Positions 44,526 to 53,013 are shown, counted from the stretch's first letter. The stretch is DNA of 64,000 nucleotides from Chryseobacterium sp. (GCA_027492795.1 JAPUEB010000035.1:63221-127220), one strand, 5' to 3'. Notes: a model not told the origin generated them from the sequence alone. Numbers and translations: made by a program.

Positions 44526-45662
44526 TTAAATTTTATTTGAGTCTAATTCTTTTTCGCCAATCTCTGCTTCCTTAATTCTCCTGTCCAAATCTCTTCGTTT
44601 AGAAATATTAGAAGCCACTGCGTGAACTGCTGCTCCAACTGCAACTGCGCCCAAAGCAACTTTACCAACGTTATCGGCATTCATTTCGGCTTTTCCGCCA
44701 GTTGCGGTTAAATCTCTTGAATAGAAACTATCCGCAGCATCCCAGAATTTATCGGCACTGCAACCTAAACAAGGGTGTCCAGATTGAATTGGGTAAGAAA
44801 TTCCGCCATTCCAACGCATATTTCCGCAAGCATTATAAGTAGAAGGTCCTTTGCAACCTACTTTATACAGACAATAGCCTTTTTTCGCATTATCATCATC
44901 AAAACTTTCTACAAAAAGTCCCGCATCAAAATAAGGACGACGATAGCAAGAATCGTGAACACGTTTTGAATAGAATGCTTTTGGACGACCTGCAGAATCC
45001 AGTTCAGGCAATTTTCCGAATGCCACGTAATGAACGATAACTCCTGCCATTACCTCGCCAATTGGCGGACAACCTGGAACATTGATAATCGGTTTATCGG
45101 TAATAATTTTTTGGATTGGAACTGCGTTTGTCGGATTTGGTTTCGCAGCTTGAACACAACCAGACGTCGCGCAACTTCCCCAAGCAATAATTGCGGCAGC
45201 ATCTTTTGCGGACTCTTTCAAAATGTCAATCGCCGTTCTACCAGCAATGACGCAGTAATTTCCGTCATCTCCAAGAGGAACGGAACCTTCCACACAAAGG
45301 ATATATTTTCCTTTGTATTTTTCCATTACCGATTTTTTCGCGGCTTCTGCTTGATGTCCACTTGCAGCCATCAATGTTAACGTGTAATCCAAAGAAATTT
45401 TGTCTAAAATAATATCAGCAACAATCGGGTGATCGCTTCGGATAAAAGACTCGCTGCAACAAGTACACTCCTGAAAATGCTCCCAAATTACAGGAAGACG
45501 AGGCGTAGTTTCTAACGCTTTGGCAACTTGACCAAGCATAGAACTTTCAATTCCCATATAAGCACCAATAAAGGCGACGAATTTCATAAAATCTCTTCGC
45601 GAATAGCCCTTACTTTCAATGCTTTCAAGGTAAGTCTGGTTTTTAGTGGCTGTTTGTCTCAT
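44526..45662 (-). CDS. hyaA: [NiFe] uptake hydrogenase small subunit (Tat signal)
   Basis: SRRDFMKF twin-arginine motif, FeS cysteine clusters (ECTCCSES, GCPP, CLGCS) and a C-terminal anchor. An alternative upstream start lies at 45707. Confidence 0.9.
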   Translation of the reverse strand: MRQTATKNQTYLESIESKGYSRRDFMKFVAFIGAYMGIESSMLGQVAKALETTPRLPVIWEHFQECTCCSESFIRSDHPIVADIILDKISLDYTLTLMAASGHQAEAAKKSVMEKYKGKYILCVEGSVPLGDDGNYCVIAGRTAIDILKESAKDAAAIIAWGSCATSGCVQAAKPNPTNAVPIQKIITDKPIINVPGCPPIGEVMAGVIVHYVAFGKLPELDSAGRPKAFYSKRVHDSCYRRPYFDAGLFVESFDDDNAKKGYCLYKVGCKGPSTYNACGNMRWNGGISYPIQSGHPCLGCSADKFWDAADSFYSRDLTATGGKAEMNADNVGKVALGAVAVGAAVHAVASNISKRRDLDRRIKEAEIGEKELDSNKI

Positions 45663-45873
45663 TTTGAGATATTTTTTATAACTTAAAATTAGGAAATCCA
45701 CAAACATCTTTAAAAAATATTTTTATATCCTTATAATTTTCAAATCATCTTTAAATTAACTTTATTGAATTGATGCGCTCTTTAGAAGATGCTCAAAATA
45801 AAAATGTGACAAAAATCATATTTTTGAATGCCTTAAAAAGGTTTTTTGAACAAAAAAATCTTCAAAATATGCG

Positions 45874-45881
45874 TAGATTTG
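45874..45881 (+). promoter_or_regulatory. -7 promoter box (TAgaTTTG) for hypA
   Basis: Exact match 22 nt upstream of the ATG at 45903. Confidence 0.45.
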
Positions 45882-45902
45882 TTTTGATAAGTCCACCAAA
45901 AA

Positions 45903-46244
45903 ATGCACGAACTTTCCATCGCGACCTCTATTTTGAAAACTGCCGAAGAAGAAGTTGCGAAAATAAAAGGCAAAAAAGTGACAGAAATCTTCCTTGAAAT
46001 TGGTAAAATTTCGGGGGTTGAAATGTCATCGCTCACTTTTGTTTGGGATTTGTGTATGAAAGACAGCGTTTTGGACGGCGCAAAAGTCCACATTTCCGAA
46101 CCCGAAGGTTTTGCAAGATGTGCAGAATGTGACCACGAATTCAAAATTCAACATATTTTTGATACGTGCGAAAAATGCGGAAGTCCTTTCAAAGAAATTG
46201 TGACAGGAAAGGAAATGAAAATTAGGAAATTGTTGATTAGTTGA
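45903..46244 (+). CDS. hypA: Hydrogenase nickel incorporation protein HypA
   Basis: 113 aa. Starts MHELSI and has two CxxC pairs (CAEC, CEKCG). Confidence 0.9.
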   Translation: MHELSIATSILKTAEEEVAKIKGKKVTEIFLEIGKISGVEMSSLTFVWDLCMKDSVLDGAKVHISEPEGFARCAECDHEFKIQHIFDTCEKCGSPFKEIVTGKEMKIRKLLIS

Positions 46245-46298
46245 TGTGTTGATTTGATGATGTGGAAATTAGATAATTTAAAATAAAATTTGGAACGG

Positions 46299-46399
46299 TG
46301 TCATTCTGAATACAGACGAAAAGTCTGCGAACGAAGTTCAGAAGCGAAATGAAGAATCTATTAATTGATTGAAAGATTCCTCCTAACGTCGGAATGACA
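46299..46399. repeat. GTCATTCTGAA-family MITE-like element, copy b
   Basis: tgtcattctgaa...gcgaaatgaagaatct...ggaatgaca. Confidence 0.7.
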
Positions 46400-46450
46400 G
46401 ACTACTTATTTTTTTTGCGAAATATTAATAAAAATTAAAAACCTTAAAAT

Positions 46451-47272
46451 ATGTGTTCAACTTGCGGTTGTAGTGCCAATGAAAAAGGCATCACTTTAAC
46501 AAAAATGGGCGAAAATCATCACGTTCACGTAGGAAATGACGGACATACACATTCGCACGAACATTCCCACGATGAACATTATCACGACCACGACCATTCC
46601 CACGAACATCACCATCATCACGGCGAAACCAATATTGTGGAATTAGAAAAAAATATCCTTCATCAAAATCAATTGGGTGCAGAACGAAACCGTGGATTTT
46701 TTGAGGCTTTAAATATTTTCGCGATGAATTTGGTAAGTTCGCCAGGTTCGGGAAAAACATCACTTTTGGAAAAAACCATCGCCGATTTGAAAAATGAAAT
46801 TGAATTTTCTGTAATTGAAGGCGACCAACAAACCACGAACGACGCTGAAAGAATTCACGCTCTGAATGTTCCTGTGCTACAAATCAACACCGGAAAAGGT
46901 TGCCATTTGGATTCGGAAATGATTGCAAAATCTTTGAAAGAACTCAAACCAAAGCAAAATTCCATTTTAATGATTGAAAATGTGGGAAATTTAGTTTGTC
47001 CAGCAATGTTTGATTTGGGTGAAAATCAACGTGTTGTCATTATTTCAACAACTGAAGGTGAAGACAAACCTTTGAAATATCCCGATATGTTTTACGGCTC
47101 GCAAATTTGTATTATTAATAAAATAGATTTGTTGCCTTACCTTAAATTTGATGTTGAAAAATTGAAAGAAAACGCCAGAAAAGTTAATCCAAACTTACAG
47201 TTTTTTGAGGTTTCATCAATTTCGGGAGAAGGAATGGAAAAATGGTATGATTATTTAAAAGGTCAATTGTGA
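46451..47272 (+). CDS. hypB: Hydrogenase nickel incorporation GTPase HypB
   Basis: N-terminal CxxC and a His-rich tract (HSHEHSHDEHYHDHDHSHEHHHHH). P-loop SSPGSGKTS. ENVGNLVCP. Confidence 0.9.
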   Translation: MCSTCGCSANEKGITLTKMGENHHVHVGNDGHTHSHEHSHDEHYHDHDHSHEHHHHHGETNIVELEKNILHQNQLGAERNRGFFEALNIFAMNLVSSPGSGKTSLLEKTIADLKNEIEFSVIEGDQQTTNDAERIHALNVPVLQINTGKGCHLDSEMIAKSLKELKPKQNSILMIENVGNLVCPAMFDLGENQRVVIISTTEGEDKPLKYPDMFYGSQICIINKIDLLPYLKFDVEKLKENARKVNPNLQFFEVSSISGEGMEKWYDYLKGQL

Positions 47273-47314
47273 ATTCGCTTCGCTGTGAATAGTGAATATT
47301 TGCAATAAAAAATT

Positions 47315-47474
47315 AACCACAAAAGGAACAAAAGAATTGATGCTGTTTTAAGGATTACAAAAGAATACAAAAGTTTAGAAATCAAAGATTTCTATTTTGT
47401 GAAATTTTAAAACGCAATATATTCCATCTTTGATTGCTTCGTACCTCGCAAAGACTCTTTTGTGACTTTTGTAT
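47315..47474. repeat. CACAAAAG-family inverted-repeat element in the hypB-hypC spacer
   Basis: aaccacaaaaggaacaaaag and ttacaaaagaatacaaaagt face ctcttttgtgacttttgtat. Related to 32857-33035. Confidence 0.5.
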
Positions 47475-47513
47475 TTTAAAAAAAATAGAACTTTTGGTTT
47501 AAAAACAAAACTT

Positions 47514-47768
47514 ATGTGTTTAGCAATCCCAGGAAAATTAGAAAGCATCACGACCAAGCTCGACGAAACCTTCCGTATTGGAAGCGTTGATTTTGAAGGC
47601 ATCAAAAAGGAAGTCAATCTCGCATTGGTTCCCGAAGCGAAAATTGGCGACTACGTTTTGGTTCACGTTGGTGCCGCAATTGGAATTATTGATGAAGAAG
47701 AAGCCCAAAAAACAATGGACGCGCTGAAATTAATGGGCGAAGATTTGGAATTGGATTCGGAATCCTAA
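47514..47768 (+). CDS. hypC: Hydrogenase assembly chaperone HypC
   Basis: Starts MCLAIPGKL (essential Cys2), so the longer track ORF start is rejected. Confidence 0.9.
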   Translation: MCLAIPGKLESITTKLDETFRIGSVDFEGIKKEVNLALVPEAKIGDYVLVHVGAAIGIIDEEEAQKTMDALKLMGEDLELDSES

Positions 47769-47800
47769 ATCCTCTCCCTAACCCTCTCCAAAGGAGAGGG
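47769..47800. repeat. Short palindromic element, twin of the one inside leuS
   Basis: atcctctccctaaccctctccaaaggagaggg matches 14549-14580 at 31 of 32 positions. Confidence 0.8.
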
Positions 47801-47964
47801 AACGATTACGCTCCAGTTTTGAAAATAGAACTAAAAATGTAAAAATTATATTTTTTAAAAACAGAACACTCGCATTTAATTTTAGAATTTTTGAAATTTA
47901 GTTTAAAAAATATCACACAATCATAAAACGTACGAAGTCCTTCTCCTTCTGAGAAGGATTTAGG

Positions 47965-48972
47965 ATGAGGCTTATGGAATCAATCAACCTGCAACACGGA
48001 AGTGGTGGCGAAAAGCAAACAGAACTTCTTAACAATCTGATTTTCAAAATTTTAGATAATGAAATTCTGAACCAAAAACACGACGGTGCTTTTCTGAATC
48101 TTTCCGGAAAATTGGCTTTTTCCACCGACAGTTTTGTGGTTTCGCCGATATTTTTTAAAGGTGGAAACATTGGAGAACTCGCAGTTTTTGGAACAGTAAA
48201 TGACGTTTCAATGTGTGGTGCAGAACCGAATTATTTGTCGCTTTCATTCATTATTGAAGAAGGTTTTTCGATGGAAGATTTTCAAAAAATCATCAATTCC
48301 ATAAAAATTGCATCAGATAAAGCGCAGGTAAAAATCGTAACGGGCGATACAAAAGTTGTGGAGCGTGGAAAAGGCGATAAAATCTACATCAACACGTCGG
48401 GAATTGGCACGGTTTACGAAAATTCTAAAATCGGAATTCAATATATCAAACCAAACCAAAGCATCATCATCAACGCGGGAATTGCTTCTCACGGAATGGC
48501 GATTATGAGCGAAAGAGAAGGTTTGAAATTTGATTCTGAAATTCTCAGCGACACCAAAAACCTCAATTTTGAAGTCAAAAAATTAATAGAAAATTTCGGA
48601 GAAAAAATACATTTTTTGCGTGATGCAACAAGAGGAGGAGTAGCGTCCGTTCTCAACGAAATTACTTCCGAAAGCAACCTCGGAATTCATCTTTTTGAAG
48701 AAAAAATATTTGTAGAAAAACAAGTGCGAAGCGCTTGTGAACTTCTCGGCTTAGACCCAATGTATGTTGCAAATGAAGGCGTTTTTCTTTGTGTTTGCGA
48801 TGATGAAATTGCCGATGAAGTTTTAGAAATTCTAAAAATAGTAAATTCTCACGCTTCAAAAATTGGTTTCATTACAGAAGAACACGCAGGAAAAGTAATT
48901 ATGGAAAGTGCTTTTGGTGGAAAACGCGTGGTAAACCCTTTGATTGGAGAGCAGTTGCCGAGGATTTGTTAA
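47965..48972 (+). CDS. hypE: Hydrogenase expression/formation protein HypE
   Basis: ..LQHGSGG.., AIR-synthase-like fold, C-terminal PRIC. An alternative ATG lies at 47974. Confidence 0.9.
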   Translation: MRLMESINLQHGSGGEKQTELLNNLIFKILDNEILNQKHDGAFLNLSGKLAFSTDSFVVSPIFFKGGNIGELAVFGTVNDVSMCGAEPNYLSLSFIIEEGFSMEDFQKIINSIKIASDKAQVKIVTGDTKVVERGKGDKIYINTSGIGTVYENSKIGIQYIKPNQSIIINAGIASHGMAIMSEREGLKFDSEILSDTKNLNFEVKKLIENFGEKIHFLRDATRGGVASVLNEITSESNLGIHLFEEKIFVEKQVRSACELLGLDPMYVANEGVFLCVCDDEIADEVLEILKIVNSHASKIGFITEEHAGKVIMESAFGGKRVVNPLIGEQLPRIC

Positions 48973-49053
48973 TTTTATCACCACGAATGCAAGAATTTTC
49001 GCTCAAAATCACTTAATTATTCGAGCATACGTAGCAAATTTAAATGAAGAACT

Positions 49054-49419
49054 ATGGAAATTATATCAAAAATCTTAATTGCACTCGTTGCTTTAGAACA
49101 CCTTTATATTTTATATATGGAAATGTTTGCTTGGGAAACTTTAGGCAAAAAATCGTTTAAAGGTGCGCTTCCCGACGAATTATTTAAACCAACGAAAGGA
49201 TTGGCAAAAAATCAAGGTTTGTATAACGGATTTCTTGCTGCGGGCTTGATTTGGTCGCTAATGATTTCTGATGAAATTTGGTCTAAAAATATTGCGATTT
49301 TCTTTCTGGGATGTGTTATTGTTGCAGGAATTTACGGTGCAATTACGGCTTCCAGAAAAATATTTTTTGTACAGGCGCTTCCTGCGATTTTGGCGTTGAT
49401 TGCTTTACTTCTTTCGTAG
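49054..49419 (+). CDS. DUF1304 family membrane protein
   Basis: 121 aa, 4 TM. ..LEHLYILYMEMFAW.. and NQGLYNGFLA. Confidence 0.7.
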   Translation: MEIISKILIALVALEHLYILYMEMFAWETLGKKSFKGALPDELFKPTKGLAKNQGLYNGFLAAGLIWSLMISDEIWSKNIAIFFLGCVIVAGIYGAITASRKIFFVQALPAILALIALLLS

Positions 49420-49696
49420 AAAAAAGAGTTTTAAAATTCTGAAAAAGTAAAATAAATACAATAAGAAAAACAACTACACTTAGAAAATACTTCAATAAAC
49501 GATTACCAATTCTAGGCAATTCTTTTACATAATCCGGTTGATAGTTTTTCCAAATGAAAAACAGAAAAATAAAGATTGAAACAAATCCAAAAACTTCCGA
49601 AATTCTCGCCAACCACAATTCTCTATTTGCCGAAAACCACTCCTGCAAATATTCCTTTAGTTCAGAGAAGAACTGATTAAAAATCCTCATTTTCAA
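49343..49696 (-). CDS. Hypothetical membrane protein (3' end overlaps the convergent DUF1304 gene by 77 nt)
   Basis: 117-aa ORF with 2 TM. Its start overlaps the nrnA stop region. Confidence 0.4.
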   Translation of the reverse strand: MKMRIFNQFFSELKEYLQEWFSANRELWLARISEVFGFVSIFIFLFFIWKNYQPDYVKELPRIGNRLLKYFLSVVVFLIVFILLFQNFKTLFSTKEVKQSTPKSQEAPVQKIFFWKP

Positions 49697-50687
49697 TTTT
49701 CTCTTTGAAATCTTCTATCGTTTCATAAATATCTTTAAAATATTTTCCGCCGGCTGCATTGATGTGTCCACCTCCGTTGAAGTATTTTCGTGAAAACTGG
49801 TTTACATCCACATCATCTTTGGAACGGAAAGAAATTTTAATAAAATCCTCATACAAATCTTCCATAAAAAACGCGGACATTCTCGTTCCGGCAATGCTTA
49901 AACCATAGTTTACAAAACCTTCGGTGTCGCCTTTTTCAAATCCAAATTCTTTCAATTCGTCGCGTTTTAAATATAGAACGGCGACTTTTCCGTCTTTTAC
50001 AACTTCTATTCTGCTTAAAATTAAAGATAAAAGATGAAGGCGTGAAACGGTATTGGTGTCCCAAGTATTAGAAGTAATCATCGCCGGATCTGCACCTTTT
50101 TCAATTAAATTTGCAATAATTCGGTGTGTTGTAGCCGAAGTGGAACGAAAACGAAATCCACCTGTATCCGTCATAATTCCGGTGTAAAGGCACTCTGCAA
50201 CATCTTGGTTTACATGTTTTTCTTCATCCAGAGCTTCAATAAAATGATAAACCATTTGGGAAGTCGCGGGAATCGTAACATCCGAATACACAAAATCAAA
50301 ATTTTCTGGCTGCTGATGATGGTCAATAAGTATTTTTTTTGCCTTTGCACGCTCAATCCAAGGTGCTACCAAATTTCCGGCGCGGTGAGAAGCATTGAAA
50401 TCGAGAACGAAAATAACATCTGCCTCATCAATCATTTCCCAAGCTTTTTTACGCTTGTAGTCGGCAATGGTGATTTTTTTTGCTTCTGGCATCCATTTTA
50501 AGAACTTTGGAAAATCATTTGGAACAACAATTTCTGCTTCCAATCCCTTGTTTTTCAAAAAATATTTCAACCCAAGCGAACTTCCAATCGCATCGCCATC
50601 CGGATTGTAATGCGTGATGATGACTATTTTGTTTTCAGGCGTTAAGAGTTGATTGATTTGGGAAAGTTCGGTAGAATTAAACATCAT
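49677..50687 (-). CDS. nrnA: Bifunctional oligoribonuclease / pAp phosphatase NrnA (DHH-DHHA1)
   Basis: 336 aa. HYNPDGDAIGS, DHH, C-terminal GGGHINAAG. Confidence 0.85.
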   Translation of the reverse strand: MMFNSTELSQINQLLTPENKIVIITHYNPDGDAIGSSLGLKYFLKNKGLEAEIVVPNDFPKFLKWMPEAKKITIADYKRKKAWEMIDEADVIFVLDFNASHRAGNLVAPWIERAKAKKILIDHHQQPENFDFVYSDVTIPATSQMVYHFIEALDEEKHVNQDVAECLYTGIMTDTGGFRFRSTSATTHRIIANLIEKGADPAMITSNTWDTNTVSRLHLLSLILSRIEVVKDGKVAVLYLKRDELKEFGFEKGDTEGFVNYGLSIAGTRMSAFFMEDLYEDFIKISFRSKDDVDVNQFSRKYFNGGGHINAAGGKYFKDIYETIEDFKEKIENEDF

Positions 50688-50852
50688 TTTATTGAAATTT
50701 TTTGGGAGGTCAAAGATAGGGATTTGAGAAGTAAGTTTGAAGTTAAACGGAAAATTTGTAAAAAATTAAAATTAATTCTGAAAATTAATTTATACATTAA
50801 GATAATATTTATATATTAGTCAAAATTTTACGAAATATAGCATTTGCTATTT

Positions 50853-50964
50853 CTTGTTAAGGAAAACTGGTAATTTTTCGAAAAGCAACAAGAATAGGCG
50901 ATGCTCACGCTTCGGCGTGGGCTTGTTTATTTGTTGCTTGGGTATACCAGTGCCTCCTTAACAG
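50853..50964 (+). ncRNA. Candidate structured RNA (three-tier hairpin capped by a C(UUCG)G tetraloop). Class unknown
   Basis: P1 is 50853-50872 paired with 50945-50964 (16 bp, one bulge, one internal loop). P2 is 50884-50891 with 50931-50938 (8 bp). P3 is 50903-50910 with 50915-50922 (8 bp, UUCG loop). Confidence 0.35.
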
Positions 50965-51001
50965 TAAACATAGTTCCACGCTTTTTTTATAAACAAAAAA
51001 C

Positions 51002-51044
51002 AACGGAACTGTTATAGAATATTTTGTATGCCGTTCCGTTTTTA
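51002..51044 (+). terminator. Possible terminator hairpin with a competing upstream alternative pairing
   Basis: aacggaac (51002-51009) pairs with gttccgtt (51033-51040), followed by TTTT. The 23-nt loop is large. agttccacg (50972-50980) can instead pair with cggaact (51004-51010). Confidence 0.35.
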
Positions 51045-51217
51045 CTTTGCGTTTTAAGAGTATAGCACAGAAAGTTTTAAAAAACTATACCAAATGGAAA
51101 ATATTTTATGACAAAAGGTAGGAAAAACCGAAAACCTACCTCCGAAAGGAAAGTCTGAAAACTTCTCTGTAGAAGTTTCGGTAAAAAAAGTAGGATTTTT
51201 ATAAATTTAATAACATC

Positions 51218-51454
51218 ATGAAAAAAATTGTTTTTCTTGCCACTATCATGTTTATAATAGGTGGCTCCTCATTAGTAAATAATGCAAATGCATGTTCAGT
51301 AGATGGATATGTAGGTCCAAATGGAACTAGCTGTATATATAAGGATTCTGCTGGCTGTTTTTGGAAAGTTACAAGTCATCGATTTCTATTCGGTTTATTC
51401 AAATGGAATACTGAAGAGATGGTTACTTGTGATCAATCATTTGCTCCTTTTTAA
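51218..51454 (+). CDS. Small secreted Cys-rich protein
   Basis: 78 aa. Signal peptide ..SLVNNANA, then a 53-aa mature part with 4 Cys. Confidence 0.45.
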   Translation: MKKIVFLATIMFIIGGSSLVNNANACSVDGYVGPNGTSCIYKDSAGCFWKVTSHRFLFGLFKWNTEEMVTCDQSFAPF

Positions 51455-51504
51455 TCAATCTTTGGCTTTCCAGTCGGAAAGCCATTTAAATTTCATTATA
51501 ATTT

Positions 51505-52170
51505 ATGAATAGAACACCTTTAATCGTTTTTTTACTTTTTTATTTTCAGTTTTTTAATTCTCAAACGAAATTTGAGGATACATTAAAAACAAAAGAAATA
51601 GAAACAGTAATTATAAATGAACATGATTACACAAAAGTTAATATTTCCTATGATTTGACTAAAGAAACAAACACCAGGTTACTTGTAGATCCTTTTTTTG
51701 AAATTGGAGTTGTGTTTAGAAATACTGAAAAACAAAAAGGACGGATAAACAATGTAAAGCTATATCTCCATAAAACTGAAAAAGAAAGAGTTACAACCAC
51801 TCTCGAAATTATTTTTTATGAACTGGATACCTTAACAGGGAAACCCGGAAAAAAAATTAATACAGAGAATCTTTATTATACTCCCCCAAACAAAACAAGG
51901 AAAATTGTAAATATCAATGTTTTGAATAACAAAATTCCATTTCCTGAAAACGGAATTTTTGTGGCAATAAAATGGTTGCCGACTCCAAATGGAGATAAAA
52001 AAGTTGGTCCTTCCGTACGATTGACGGCTTATTCTGAAGAACTTACTTTTATGAGACACAATGGTGGGAATTGGATTAGAAAAGGAAATATATTTTCTAA
52101 AAGTAATCGTTATACCAATTTGATGATGGGAATTGATGTATACTATAAAAAGAAAAAAAATGAAAACTAA
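51505..52170 (+). CDS. Hypothetical secreted protein
   Basis: 221 aa with an N-terminal signal-like helix. No motif recognised. Confidence 0.55.
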   Translation: MNRTPLIVFLLFYFQFFNSQTKFEDTLKTKEIETVIINEHDYTKVNISYDLTKETNTRLLVDPFFEIGVVFRNTEKQKGRINNVKLYLHKTEKERVTTTLEIIFYELDTLTGKPGKKINTENLYYTPPNKTRKIVNINVLNNKIPFPENGIFVAIKWLPTPNGDKKVGPSVRLTAYSEELTFMRHNGGNWIRKGNIFSKSNRYTNLMMGIDVYYKKKKNEN

Positions 52171-52579
52171 ATATTTGTACATAATCATTGCGCTATTGTG
52201 CATTGTTATCGTTTCGCTACTTACATATGAGAAAACGGAAACTTATGTTTTTAAAAGTGACAATACTGTTTTTACACATAATTTTGGAACAATTAAAAAA
52301 GAAGCAGACTCCATTATTGAAATTGAAATCAACTACCTAAACAAAGAATTTGATTCCTTAAAAGTTTATGACGTAAAAGATGGTTGTGATTGCACCAACA
52401 GTAATGTGAGAGCAGGAGTGTATAAAAAAAATGAAACTATTTCTATAAAAACCTTTTACAATCCAAACAAATACAATGATTCAGGTGAAACGATTAAACA
52501 AATTTTCCTACGTACAAATAAGAAAACCATTAGGTATGATACCATAATTCCTATAAAAATAAAAGGATTTGTGAAATAA
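52160..52579 (+). CDS. DUF1573-like membrane-anchored protein
   Basis: MKTKYLYIIIALL.. anchor. HNFGTIKKE and DGCDCT resemble the DUF1573 HFDFG/GCGCT motifs. Confidence 0.55.
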   Translation: MKTKYLYIIIALLCIVIVSLLTYEKTETYVFKSDNTVFTHNFGTIKKEADSIIEIEINYLNKEFDSLKVYDVKDGCDCTNSNVRAGVYKKNETISIKTFYNPNKYNDSGETIKQIFLRTNKKTIRYDTIIPIKIKGFVK

Positions 52580-52617
52580 TTTTTAATAAAAACATTTGCA
52601 GTATAAAAAAATATTCC

Positions 52618-52625
52618 TACTTTTG
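52618..52625 (+). promoter_or_regulatory. -7 promoter box (TActTTTG) for rpmH
   Basis: Exact match 45 nt upstream of the rpmH ATG, with a TTTG -33-like element at 52595-52598. Confidence 0.45.
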
Positions 52626-52669
52626 CAGTCTGAAAATAAAGAGATAGTTTTACACTAAAGATATTAGAA

Positions 52670-52828
52670 ATGAGCAAGAGAACATTCCAACCATCAGAAA
52701 GAAAAAGAAGAAACAAGCACGGTTTCCGCGAAAGAATGTCCACGCCAAACGGTAGAAGAGTTTTGGCAGCTAGAAGAGCAAAAGGCAGAAAGAGTTTAAC
52801 TGTTAGTGCAGCACGCGCTAAAAGATAA
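52670..52828 (+). CDS. rpmH: 50S ribosomal protein L34
   Basis: Not in the ORF track (52 aa). Translation: [52 protein letters not shown]. Confidence 0.9.
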   Translation: MSKRTFQPSERKRRNKHGFRERMSTPNGRRVLAARRAKGRKSLTVSAARAKR

Positions 52829-52850
52829 TTCTTCAATTATCATAAAGATT

Positions 52851-52884
52851 ATGCTTGAAAAAGAAATTTTTCAGGCATTTTTTG
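52851..52884 (+). terminator. Rho-independent terminator after rpmH
   Basis: atgcttgaaaaa-gaa-atttttcaggcat followed by a T-run. Confidence 0.65.
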
Positions 52885-53013
52885 TTGTTAAAATTTGCTA
52901 AAATTTACAGTTTTCAAAGCTTTTTTAGTTACTTTTGAAAATTCAACTTTTCACGTTTTTTTGGAAACTTTGAAACAAATCATTTATCAATAATCACTTA
53001 TCATTTTATAAAG

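Noticed and set aside
44526-45707. Upstream start (45707) for the hydrogenase small subunit
   Set aside because: The extra 15 residues (MFVDFLILSYKKYLK) are hydrophobic and would bury the Tat n-region. MRQTATKNQ...SRRDFMKF from 45662 gives a normal long Tat signal. The upstream start is kept as an alternative only.
50853-50964. SRP (4.5S) RNA, cobalamin riboswitch or fluoride riboswitch assignment for the structured RNA
   Set aside because: The universally conserved SRP helix-8 sequence (GGAAGCAGC with a GNRA loop) is absent on both strands. The ggaaaactggtaa and ggcgatg stretches only superficially resemble the B12 and crcB consensus cores, and the remaining conserved positions are missing.
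52456-52836. 126-aa minus-strand track ORF
   Set aside because: It is antisense to the unmistakable L34 gene (rpmH, 52670-52828, too short for the track) and to its promoter and the upstream spacer. The translation is low-complexity.
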